Shown piece by piece: positions 1-11,051 of a stretch of 64,000 nucleotides of DNA (position 1 is the stretch's first letter; every line of letters begins with the position of its first letter). The stretch comes from Ranitomeya imitator (Eukaryota). The stretch covers positions 25,172,001 through 25,236,000 of the forward strand of contig NC_091291.1 of assembly GCF_032444005.1 (NCBI RefSeq). Reading direction: 5' to 3'. The translations under genes were made by a program, and so were the position numbers. The notes under the pieces were generated by a model. The model did no database searches, was not told where the DNA came from, and was given only the letters and a program-made list of their open reading frames with translations.

Positions 1-8
1 ACACTTAC

Positions 9-155
9 GATCATATCCATCAGTGTTGCACAAGTCTCCAGTGCAGCAATTCACATAAAATCGATATTTAACACGTTCAAGGAATCCTGAACCCTGAAGA
101 CCACAAATAGATTCGTTGGCACAGCCTTTATATATCGACTTAAAATAATGTCCAT
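9..155 (-). CDS. Gene A exon 3, two-domain three-finger protein (SPF/PLI-gamma/PINLYP-like), second half of LU domain 1
   Basis: ag/gt-bounded 147-nt phase-1 exon, manually translated: (D)GHYFKSIYKGCANESICGLQGSGFLERVKYRFYVNCCTGDLCNTDGYD. Has the LU-domain CC-x4-CN signature. Exons 4-5 lie left of the window. Confidence 0.95.
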
Positions 156-239
156 CTATTAGAGAAGTAAATAGACATGATGAAACCTGAATTGAGGTGG
201 TGATACTTTTGTTTAAAGGAAGAGTTGAGTTTTTCTCAC

Positions 240-353
240 CGATGTAAAAGTATTGGCAGACGGTCATACATCCAGCTGCGAGACATTCAATCTCAGACAC
301 ATTACATGTGGTGGAGTTATAGGACACACCCGACATACATCTATGGGAAAACA
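240..353 (-). CDS. Gene A exon 2, first half of LU domain 1
   Basis: tttccag| ... |gtgag, 114 nt, phase 1-1: (V)FSHRCMSGVSYNSTTCNVSEIECLAAGCMTVCQYFYI. Confidence 0.93.
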
Positions 354-1040
354 CTGGAAACAAGAGGTGACAATCCAATAATATTAAATTGAAACAATAA
401 AAAAGGGGAATTCAAGTGAAAAGGGGAATATTTTAGTTGAGAACCATATTTTTCATATTTGTAGTCAACGAGACTCGAGATGAGCTTTAAGTCTCACTTG
501 TACTTTATTGAAACTGACCCTTTCTTTTTTTTTAGAAATATCTCTTATAGGGCATGGTTTTACTCCAAAAAATTTCACAAGTGTATCATTTTTTTACATA
601 ACCCACAATAAGGTAACAATATAATGTCTCAGGAAAATATCTTGATGCAAAACTTTAATTGGACACTTAACTGAGCGAAAAGTTTCAAGCAAGTCAAGTT
701 AGCTTTCGAGTTACATTATGGTAGTGACTGATGTAAGAAGCTGTTACCTCTATAAAACCATCTTGAAAGATGTGAATCTATATGGTCACATCAGTAGGCA
801 AAGGAGAAGTGAATCCTGTATTATTTGGGGGGCCCATTTTTTAATAGTCTAATTTTTCCAAGAATTGTTTCCATATCTGGCTATGGCTTGATGTCACCAC
901 ATTAGCCAGAATGATTCAGAATTTGTATTTCACATTAGCAAATACTTGCTGAAAATGAAGGAGAAACAATGCATTAAAGTTGCCGACACTTCTCGGTGAA
1001 CTATGTGTATATGCTGTCAACGGACTTTCTCTAGTCTTAC

Positions 1041-1092
1041 CTGAGCCGACAAGAGCAGAGATCACGCAAAGCAAAGCGACCAGGTTCTTCAT
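1041..1092 (-). CDS. Gene A exon 1, signal peptide
   Basis: Kozak ccaccATG, MKNLVALLCVISALVGS, then a gtaag donor at phase 1. Confidence 0.93.
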
Positions 1093-1156
1093 GGTGGATG
1101 ACTGGTGGCTTCTCGGATTCTCTTCTGCTCGTCCTGTTGTCTGTACACCGGGATCA

Positions 1157-1163
1157 TATAAAT
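1157..1163 (-). promoter_or_regulatory. TATA-like box of gene A (paralogous TATTTATA at 22470-22477 and 41250-41257)
   Basis: (C/T)ATTTATA about 65 nt upstream of the ATG, at the same position in all three paralogues. Confidence 0.5.
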
Positions 1164-1714
1164 GCTCTACGGAAAGGTAAAGAAACTACTGTGCTATGGG
1201 ATAGATGGAGTCTATCCTATGGCACCATGGCACGCCATTATTTGCAAAGAAAATTCTCCTCTCGGCAAATGTTAAAGTTCTGGCACAAAACAACAATGAC
1301 GTGATGATGATGAGTCCAGAATATCTGTCAATTTGATCTTGCCAAAAAGAGAATGCCGTGTCTTGTTTGTTCTTGTGCAACTTTTATTATCTTAAAATAT
1401 CCCAAGGAAATGTATTTGGGTGAATTTATTTGGTTTGTGTGCACAAGCTTCTTATTCTTGACTTTCAGAAATAAATTTCCAATAATGAACAATATTTTTC
1501 TTTTTTTATTCAAACAGCTCCAAAATCCTGGTCTGATTAATTAAGAAAATAAATTCTGGAGGAAATTACTGAGCCTTGGGCACTATAGGTTGTGAAAGTT
1601 TATGGAATGAAAAGTGGCACCAAGAGGATGTAGAATAAGTATATTATTTTTAAAAAGTTACTCAAAGGTTACAAAAAAAAAAAAAATAGGCATGAAATGG
1701 GAAGTAAAGAGGCC

Positions 1715-1757
1715 ATACAACATGTTTCGATGCCGGACCGGCGTCTTCATCAGGTAT
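1715..1757 (-). ncRNA. Minimal type I hammerhead ribozyme motif (Penelope-type)
   Basis: Minus strand ATAC-CTGATGA-A-GACGCCG-GTC-CGGCATC-GAAA-CATG-TT-GTAT. Intact CUGAUGA/GAAA core, stem II with one mismatch, palindromic AACATGTT stem III, GUU cleavage triplet, 4-bp stem I. Confidence 0.7.
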
Positions 1758-2399
1758 CATCAGATTAATTGTTATACTTTTAATCAGATTCTAGCTGTTT
1801 TTCTGATACATAGCTTAGATTGGGTTTATCTACTGTAGTGATTGTGATATTGTTCCATTGCTCTTTTATTTTTTTTATTATTTAAAGTCCTTTTGTGCTG
1901 TGTTTATTCGCAAAAAAAAAATACAAATCTGCAGAAAATATGGACGATAAAATGCAGGTTGTTAAATTTGAAAGTGTCTGTCTCTGAAAGGGAAAATTAT
2001 ACCTCAAATTAATAATTAAAACATGTTTCTAACTGTCTTCTGTGTTTTTACTTTTTTACATTTAGTTTTTTTTGGGATGTTTACACAACTTAAAAGTTTA
2101 TATTTTTCAAAATATTTATCAATATGATGATGTCCGTAAAGCGCGGTGGAATATGATGGTCCTATATATACAAAGCATAATAAATAAATAAATATATGAG
2201 TATATTAGAAAATGTATTTTTTAGGCATCAATCCACTTCCGATGTTACTTTTAGATGGGTATAAAATATAAAACCATCCCACAACCCCAAAAAATAAATC
2301 ACTGTAATTTAATAAATTACCGTACACTTATTGTCGATCCCATAGGAGCTGTCATTCACAACGTACCTCGGACACAGTGAGTGGTGGAATGGTGACAGT

Positions 2400-3130
2400 A
2401 AGGAGAACCACCCCAGGAATCCTTCAATGGAAGGCTCTAACCAGACAAAGGGCTCTCAGGGCTCAAGCTCTTATCCAGGATCCCTACTCTGAGCCATATC
2501 CCCTTCAATGGATGAGATACTGGAGAGAATTAGGGATTTTTGAGAGTCCACAATCTTATGTACCTCGTATTCTAAACTGTCAGAAACCGGAGGACACAGG
2601 AATGAGGGAGACAAAACCGAAGAGGGAAACTCCTTTAGCAGTGATCTGTGGAACACATTCGGGATGCAAAAACATATAAGAAGTATTAATCTAAAGGCCA
2701 CTGGTTTAAGTACCTCCAAAATCTCATCCAGGCCAATAGACTAAGAATCCAACTTCGCTGATGGCGCTTTCAACTGAATTATTTTTGAAGACAACCAAAT
2801 TTTATCACCTGCTTTGAACATGGGATCTGCCAAACGTTTCCTATTGGCCTTCCATTTTTGGTGAAATATCTTTTCTGAACCTCTCTCCAGACATCCACAA
2901 GTTTCTGTATGTTGACCTCTACTCCAGGAAACATAGAACTCAATATAGAGAATTGACAAAAATGGAGATGAAAACCATAATTACAAAAAAAAAAGGTGCG
3001 GTTCCAGTAGACTGGATAACCTGGCTGTTAAAGGCGAACTCAGCAAGAAGTAAAATTGAGGACCAGTCACCTTGCTGACCCGCTACGAAACACCTTAAAA
3101 TTTGTTCCAACAACTGATTTTTCCTTTCTG
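2400..3130 (-). mobile_element. Degraded Ty3/Gypsy chromovirus fragment (integrase C-terminus + chromodomain)
   Basis: ORF fragments FKAGDKIWLSSKIIQLK and YEVHKIVDSQK resemble the integrase tail and chromodomain of the fuller elements in this window. Confidence 0.75.
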
Positions 3131-3165
3131 TCTGACCATTGGTTTCAGGGTGGTAAGCATTTTAA

Positions 3166-3550
3166 CCCCTTCCTGACATGCGCCGTACTAGTACTGCTCT
3201 GCGGGAACTACGTTCCCGCAAACCGCAGTACTAGTACGGTGGCACAATCTCGCGGCCGCACCGCAGTGATCATGTGCTAGTGTCAGCTATATATGACAGC
3301 TGAAACCTCGCAGCAATGCCCAAGATCAGGGCTAGCCCCGATCGTGGGCATTTAACCCCTCTGATGCCGCTGTCAGTAGTGACAGCGGCACAGAGAACAA
3401 TCGCGCAGGGAGGGGGCGATCGCGTTGGTTCAGTGGTCCCCATAGAGACCTTGGCTTCAAAATGGCCGCGGGGGGACTTCTGGGTCCTTCACTGAGGTGT
3501 CTTGGCGGCACCTGCTGAGATCAGGCACTGTCACGCCTCCTACAGTGCCT
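3166..3550. mobile_element. Truncated TTAA-flanked non-autonomous DNA element (piggyBac-like MITE)
   Basis: Starts ttaa|ccccttcctgac, with an internal second ttaaccccct and GC-rich palindromes. No matching right end found. Confidence 0.45.
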
Positions 3551-3551
3551 G

Positions 3552-4880
3552 TCAAATTGCTGAAATGTTCCCTCCATGACAGGTAACAAATTGTTTAGCA
3601 GCCATAGAGATATTCTTATTCCCGATATTAAAATTACCAATATCTCTTAAATGTTCAGATACTCTAGTTTTCAACTTTCTTGTGGTGCATCCGACATATG
3701 AAAGTCTGCAATCCAAACAATTGATTTTGTATACCACATTTTTAAAGTGACAATTAGTAAATTCTTTTATATGATAACTTTTAGAGTTGTCTGAGTTTGT
3801 GAATGTTTTACCCACTTGGCTGGATGCGAAAGTACTGCAAGCGGTAGTGCAGCACTTATAGAACCCCTTGGACTCCAGCCAAGTTTTAGATGCGGGTTTG
3901 GATACAAAAAGGCCTGGAGAAATCAAATTACCAATAGTGGGGGCTCTCCTAGCCACCACATTGATGCCATCCCTCAGTATGCTAGATGACATATCATCTT
4001 GCTGTAATATTGGTAATCGCTTCTGGATAATATTTTTTTAGCACTAAATTGAGGGCTAAATTGTAGGCATTCAAAAGGTTTTATCTTTCTCGTCTCTTTA
4101 TTCTGCTGGTTAGGAATGCTCGGTATTAGTAAACTTTCTCTTTCTTTACCTTCAACTATACCTCGAGCTCTTTCTAAACACCATTTTGGATATTTGCGCC
4201 TACTCAATCTCATCTCCAAATTATTAAATTCTGTATTTTTATCTGCTTCCCTGCTGCAATTTCTCTTGATTCTTATATATTCCCCCACTGGTATAGATTT
4301 TATTGTGTGTGCCGGGTGACTACTTTTGGCATGTAGGCCAGTGTTCCCACTGATGGGTTTAATGTTCGTTTTGCTATTAATGATCTCACCATCAATTCCA
4401 CTCAACTCTAAATCTAAGAATGAGATCACTTGTCATATTTATGGGTAAATCTAATTCCAAATTCATTCCTATTGATGTATTCAATAAATTTTGGTATGGT
4501 AGATACACATCCGCCCCAAATGATGAAGGTGTCGTCAATGTATCTACCATACCAAATGAGATCTGCAATAAAAGGATTATCCTCAGAGTAATTAAATTTT
4601 AGTTCCCAATATGCCATAGCAAGGTTTGCTAAAGATGGGGAGTACTTAGCCCCCATAGGCACTCCTGTTTTCTGCACATAAATCACATTATCAAAGGAGA
4701 AAATATTGTGTTTTAGAAGGAAAAACGTCACCTGTAATGCAAAATCAATCAAATCTTGTGACTACAGACCAGACTTATTTAAATGAAATTCAAGAGCTCT
4801 CATAGCCAAATCGTGCGGTATGCACGTATAAAGGGACACAACGTCACAACAAAGCCACGAGAAATTACTATGCCAGGTTT
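3552..4880 (-). mobile_element. Penelope-like retroelement, frameshifted RT + GIY-YIG endonuclease
   Basis: RT motifs CDVVSLYTCIPH, GVPMGAKYSPSLANL, RYIDDTFIIW and FLDLEL. GIY-YIG region VVYKINCLDCRLSYVGCTTRKLKTRVSEH. Split over 4 frames. Confidence 0.92.
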
Positions 4881-6504
4881 TTTTTTTACACCCTTCCCCA
4901 GTGCATAATAAGGAACATTTAATTTGCAACAAACAATTTACAAGCTTTAGAAATGTTTTGTTAAGCACGAAAAAAGGTTCCCCTGATTGGCCGAAATGCG
5001 TTGCGTTTTGCAAAAAGATATTTATTCCCTTCAGACCTTTAAATAATTTTATCAATTTTATTTTGAACTACTTCTGTTATTATTTTTCATTTTTCCACTC
5101 CAATAAAACCTTTTCCAGCCTCAGGTTGACTAATGGATGAGTTGCACCATTGAGCTAGTTTTGCTATAGTCTTTTGACGAATTGTTCACAGAAGGAAATT
5201 TTCTACTTGACCCAATACATCCCGAATGACGTTGACGACCCAACTGTTGGGGATCCAGGAGACATTGACTGAAACCCACACGATCACATACATTGCAAAG
5301 AAAGAGGAAAAAACGGAGTAACCATGAACGACAGGAATAGAATAAAAGACAAAGTTTTTTTAATAAATACATAAAAAATACAGAAAAATATCTCCGGTAT
5401 CTTCTGTGGAGATATGTGATTAGTTGTCAATGATGGAAGATACCATGATGAAAATAAAATTCCTGTGTATCCCATTATTATCCATGGATTTTTTTGACTT
5501 TTCTGGAAGCTTATTTCTGTGCGGCTCTGCTTATGTCTGATACTCTCTCTCTTTTTTAAGGTTTTATATGTCAAATAATTGTTCAATAAATATATTTCCT
5601 TTATACTTTGGGCTTGTTCTCCAATGCTTTCATACGATTTTGTAGCTGACTAAAGCAAATTACTGAGATACTTATCCAGCACATTGATTGCGCCCATTAA
5701 CCTTTTCTCTTCCAATTTTAAGGAGTAAAAAATAGTTTCATCATTAACCTGCTTATGTGATTATTACATCCCACAAGCTCAGATCTTCACAGCCCCATAG
5801 AACAAAACGCATTGTGGATTGTAGTGCCAGTGTAATTGCTTCTGACCAAATCATCTTTGCAATTTTTGCATCTGGCAATTTTCACTTTACAATAATCTAC
5901 TGTTAGGGCTAGCGGAACGCACCAAATATAAGACAGATAGTGTATGGTGCGTTCGCAGCCCGGGGTCCACCGTGCAGAGATGGAACCTGCTGCTAAGTAA
6001 TGACGGACTATATGGCGGTACTCATAAGTATACACACGTGGGTTAAACTTCACCCAGCGTGAAGGAAGCGATCCTGTTGCGTCACAGGATCGCGGTACCG
6101 CACATAGAAGATGATCAAGTAGTCAGCGAACTCAACCCCAACTAGGATTGAAGTCCGATTAGACCCTTGCTGGCACAACACCGCAACTGGGTGTGTAAGG
6201 AAGCAGAATAACAATATTAGGGCACAAGAGTGCATGCGGTGCCGCACTGACGAACGCCACTAACCACCCAGGCTTGGGTAAGGAAAGCACAGAGGAAGTG
6301 CACGGCGCCGTACTGGCGGTCACAGCAACTGGACGCTGTAACGTGTGATTAGTGCTGTAGGATAAGTCGGGCGCTAGATAGCAACCATACACCTTCCGCG
6401 AACAGACATTCAATAGGGAAGGGGTATCCAAGGACGACTTGCACTCACAACAAACACACGTAAGCAAATGTACACTAGTGCATGGCCGTGCGGTCATGCG
6501 CAGT

Positions 6505-9500
6505 TTATATAGTTGCAGCACAGGAAGTGGCCACAGAAACTTTGCCCTTCCAAGACCTGCCAAGAGGACCAATGGAATGTGCTGCAGAGCCTGAGCACAT
6601 GACCCTCGATCTCCAACGGGAGATCTTGCCCTGGGCATGCTCAGTGTGTGCAGACAAGGACTTAGTCCCAGAGAAGTCCGCTCGCTGCTGACCAGCACTG
6701 GCTTTAATGGCAGAAGCTGAAGAAGCAGCAGTAACTCTCTGTACAGAGTGAGACTGAGCAAGACGCTGGGACCGACGTCCATGCTGAGCAGACTCCACTG
6801 CGGCTGGATAAGAATGGGAGACCGCAGCGGAGATGGCCCGAGATTCCCCCTGTGCAAAAGCGGGAACTCGAGACCTAACATTACCCCCCCTCCTAGCCCC
6901 CCCCCCCCCTCCTTGGGCCTCGCTACGCTCGAAGGCAGCAATGAGCTGTGGGGCTCGAATGTTTTCAGCAGGCTCCCATGACCTGTCCTCTGGGCCATAA
7001 CCCTTCCAATCCACCAGATAGAACTTTTTGCCGCGTACCACCTTGCACCCCAAAATAGCGTTCACCTCGTAATCGTCCGTAGACGAACCCGATGTCCCGG
7101 CAGATGACTCGGAAAACCGGGACATGTATACGAGTTTCAAGAGGGACACATGAAAGGTGTCGGTGATACCCAAGCGTGGAGGAAGAGCCAAACGGTAGAC
7201 CACAGGATTAACCTGTTCGAGAACCTTGAAGGGACCCAAGTAGCGAGGAGCAAACTTAGTGGACTCAACTCGCAGCCTGATGTTACGGGCGGAGAGCCAC
7301 ACCAAGTCGCCAGGAGCAAAGGTCGGAGCGGGGCGCCGATGAACATCGGCGGAGGACCTCATTCTCTCCTTGGAGGCCCGAATGGCATCCTGCGTGCGGT
7401 CCCAAATGTCCCGTGCCTCCACAGCCCAGTCTGCCACCCTGGAGTCAGCAGAAGACACAGGCATGGGCACAGGAACACGCGGATGCTGGCCGTAATTTAG
7501 GAGGAATGGAGTCTGACCGGTGGAGTCGGCTACGGCATTGTTAAGTGCAAACTCTGCCCACGGTAGCAAGGATGCCCAGTCATCCTGCCTGGCAGAAACA
7601 AAATGTCGTAAATATGTGACCAAGGTCTGGTTGGCCCTCTCTACCAACCCATTCGTCTCGGGATGATATGCCGAAGAGAGATTCAACTCAATACTGAGTA
7701 GACGACAAAGCTCTCTCCAGAATCGAGACGCAAACTGGGGACCCCGGTCACTAGCAATTTTGTCTGGCATACCGTGTAGGCGAAAGATATGCTTGACGAA
7801 CAAGACAGCCAACGCCCGTGCAGAAGGTAGCCGTGGAAGAGGCACCAAGTGCACCATTTTGGAAAAATGGTCGGTGATCACCCAGATAATGGTGCAGTTA
7901 CGAGACTTGGGTAAGCCCACCACAAAGTCCATCCCGACCATCTCCCAGGGCCTGTCCGCCACCGGCAGAGGAAAAAGCAAACCAGCTGGCCGTTGCTGAG
8001 GAGTCTTGTTCTTGGCGCAAGAGACACACGCCCGAACATACTCTGCGACATCACGAGCCATATGCGGCCATCATACGTCCTCGCCAGTAACTCAGATGTC
8101 CTTTTAGTACCAAAATGTCCACCCACCCTGGATGAGTGTGCCCAAGAGAGAACCTCCGGTCGCAAATTGGATGGAACAAAAGTCTTGCCCGGGGGCACAG
8201 ACTCTAGCGAAACTGGGGCCACAGTTCTCAAGCTCTCGGTGGGGACAATAAGCCGAGGCTCCTCCTCCTCCTCCGCAGATGACACAACGGAGCGAGAGAG
8301 AGTGTCGGCCCGAATGTTCTTCTCCCCAGAAAGAAAATGGAGGGTGAAATGAAACCGGGAGAAGAATAAGGACCATCTGGCCTGGCGAGAATTCAACCGC
8401 TGGGCTGTCTGCAGGTACACCAAATTTTTATGGTCTGTGAAGACTTGGAAGGGAAAACATGCTCCCTCCAAGAGATGTCTCCACTCCGAGAAAGCCAACT
8501 TCATGGCTAGCAACTCCCTGTCCCCGATGGAATAATTCCTCTCTGCTGGCGAGAAGGTCTTGGAGAAAAAGAAGCAAGGATGCTTCCGACCTTGAGCATC
8601 CTTTTGGAAGAGGACTGCTCCAGCACCAACAGAAGAGGCATCCACCTCCATGATAAATGGCTTATCAACATCGGGGCGATGTAGGATGGGAGCGCTAGCG
8701 AAGTGTAACTTTATAGAGTTAAAGGCCTTGGAGACCTCCTCAGACCACAATTTGGGATTCGCCCCCTTCTTGGTGAGGGCAACCAAGGGAGCTACCAAAG
8801 TTGAGAAGTGCGGAATGAACTGGCGATAATAATTAATGAACCCCATAAAGCGCTGCACCGCTTTAAGAGAATGGGGTTCCTGCCAGTTCATCACAGCCTG
8901 TAGTTTGGCAGGATCCATAGCCAATCCCTGGGCAGAGATGATGTAGTCTAGGAATGGTAAGGACTCCTGCTCAAACATACACTTCTCCAACTTGGCATAG
9001 AGGGAGTTTGCCCGTAGAAGGTTGAAGACTTTGCAAACATCTCTCCGGTGGGAGTCAATATCTGGAGAGTAGATGAGAATATCATCCAGATAGACTACGA
9101 CCGAGGTGGAAAGCATATCCCGGAAGATATCGTTCACAAAGTCTTGGAAAACGGCTGGGGCATTACAGAGCCCGAAGGGCATCACCAGATATTCATAGTG
9201 CCCATCCCTGGTGTTAAAAGCCGTCTTCCATTCGTCCCCCTCACGGATGCAAATCAGGTTGTAAGCACCCCGCAGATCTAGTTTAGTAAATACCCTTGCT
9301 CCCCGAAGCCTATCGAAGAGCTCAGATATCAAGGGCAAAGGATACTTATTTTTAACGGTGATAGCGTTAAGACCCCTGTAGTCTATGCATGGATGCAATT
9401 CCCCATTCTTCTTCTGCACGAAGAAGAGCCCTGCCCCAGCAGGTGACACTGACTTCCTAATGAATCCTCTTGCCAGATTTTCCTGGATGTACTGTGACAT

Positions 9501-11024
9501 TGCCTCCGTCTCCGGGAGAGATAGCGGATAGACTCGACCCCGGGGAGGCTCAGCACCAGGAAAGAGATCAATAGGACAGTCATAGGGGCGATGGGGCGGA
9601 AGGATCTCCGCCGCCTTTTTGGAGAACACGTCTGCATAAGACCAATACTGCTTGGGGAGAGAGGAAAGATCTGCGGGTACCTCTGTAGTAGCAACCTGAA
9701 CGCACTCTCTCTGACACCTACCCCCACAAGATTCACCCCATCCCAGGATTCTGCCAGAGGACCACTCGATATGAGGAGAGTGGTACCGTAGTCAAGGTAT
9801 TCCCAACAGGACCTCATCAATTCCCTCTGGAATGACGAGCAGAGATATAATCTCCTGATGAGATGGAGACATGGACAGAGTAAAAGGGATGGTCTGGTGT
9901 GTTATCTGTGAGGGCAGTGTCGACCCATTCACCACTCGTACCGTTACTGGTTGAGCTAGCATAACCAGGGGTATTGCGTGACGTTGGGCGAAGGCAGAAG
10001 ACATAAAATTGCCCTCCGCCCCAGAATCCACGCAGAGCTCTACCGATTTGGAGAATGAGCCTATAGTAATTGTCCCCTTAAAGGACAATTTAGAGGCAAA
10101 CGTCGCCGTGTCTAGTGTACCTCCACCTACTACCACTAGACGCTGACGTTTCCTCGACCGCTGAGAACATCTGGTGGCTAGATGTCCTGACTGCTGGCAA
10201 ACATGACAGACCTTGAGTGCACAAGCGGTCCGAGACTTAGATCCCGCTTGTGTCACTTCCCTGGCCTCATGTGACTCAGGAACCAGGACCGGAGATTCCA
10301 GAGGTTTGGCGAAGGTAGGAGCCAGCCGAAACCTCTGCCTACACTGGGCTCGCTCTAACCTCCGCTCGTTAAAACGGAGGTCAATTCGAGTGTAGACAGT
10401 TATTAGCTCCTCCAGTGTGGCAGGAATCTCCCTAGTGGCCAGAGCGTCCTTAACGTGGTCAGCCAGGCCCCTCCAAAATATGGGGATAAGAGCTTTATCC
10501 GACCAATCCAGATCAGAAGCTAAAGTGCGGAATTGGACGGCAAAATGACTGACCAAGGACTCACCCTGAGTTAATGCCAGCAGTTGGAGCGCAGTATCAT
10601 GGGTGACTTGAGGTCCTAAAAAGACCTGTTTCAGAGTGCTCAGAAACAGCGGAGCACTCTGCACCACATGATCACCACGCTCCCACAGCGGCATAGCCCA
10701 TTCCAACGCCCTGTCCGACAAGAGAGACACTATAAATCCCACCTTAGCCCGCTCTGTGGGAAAACGTGCAGCCAGGAGCTCGAGGTGAATAGAGCACTGA
10801 CTCACAAATCCCCTACAAAACTTGCTATCACCAGAAAATTTTTCTGGCAGCGGGAGGCGAGAAAATGTCGGACCAGGGGTGGCAATGGACAGGGTTGCTG
10901 CAGCCACGCTAGCAGCCTGTACAGCAACTGCGGTAACATCCACAGCTGAGGTTGCGCTCTCAAGAGCCGCCAACCTACCCTCCAGCTGCTGGATATACCG
11001 CAAGGATTGCTGTTTGTCCGTCAT
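6505..11024 (-). pseudogene. gag-pro-pol (RT, RNase H, integrase, chromodomain) of element 1
   Basis: CCHC knuckle CHVCQQSGHLATRC, protease VDSGAEGNF, RT YLDD, integrase GMDFVVGLP and chromodomain YEVNAIL...[13 protein letters not shown]. Disrupted by TGG>TGA at 9792-9794 and a 1-nt deletion near 8073. Confidence 0.95.
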
Positions 11025-11040
11025 TACTAGCCAGACCCTG

Positions 11041-11051
11041 GCGCTAGTGTA
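11041..11051 (-). promoter_or_regulatory. Self-priming primer-binding site of element 1
   Basis: TACACTAGCGC is the exact complement of GCGCTAGTGTA (11623-11633), which starts 30 nt downstream of the LTR TATA box TATATAAA (11656-11663). Confidence 0.85.

Noticed and set aside
4977-5005. Third hammerhead-like remnant (CTGATTGGCCGAAATGCGTT)
   Set aside because: Core and stem II are too degraded to fold. It may be a Penelope relic but cannot be supported as a ribozyme.
4880-5895. Possible separate gene in the AT-rich segment (ORFs 5130-5586, 5787-6053; paralogue 32600-33530)
   Set aside because: Stops in all frames and no splice-consistent model. Probably the decayed 5' part of the Penelope element.
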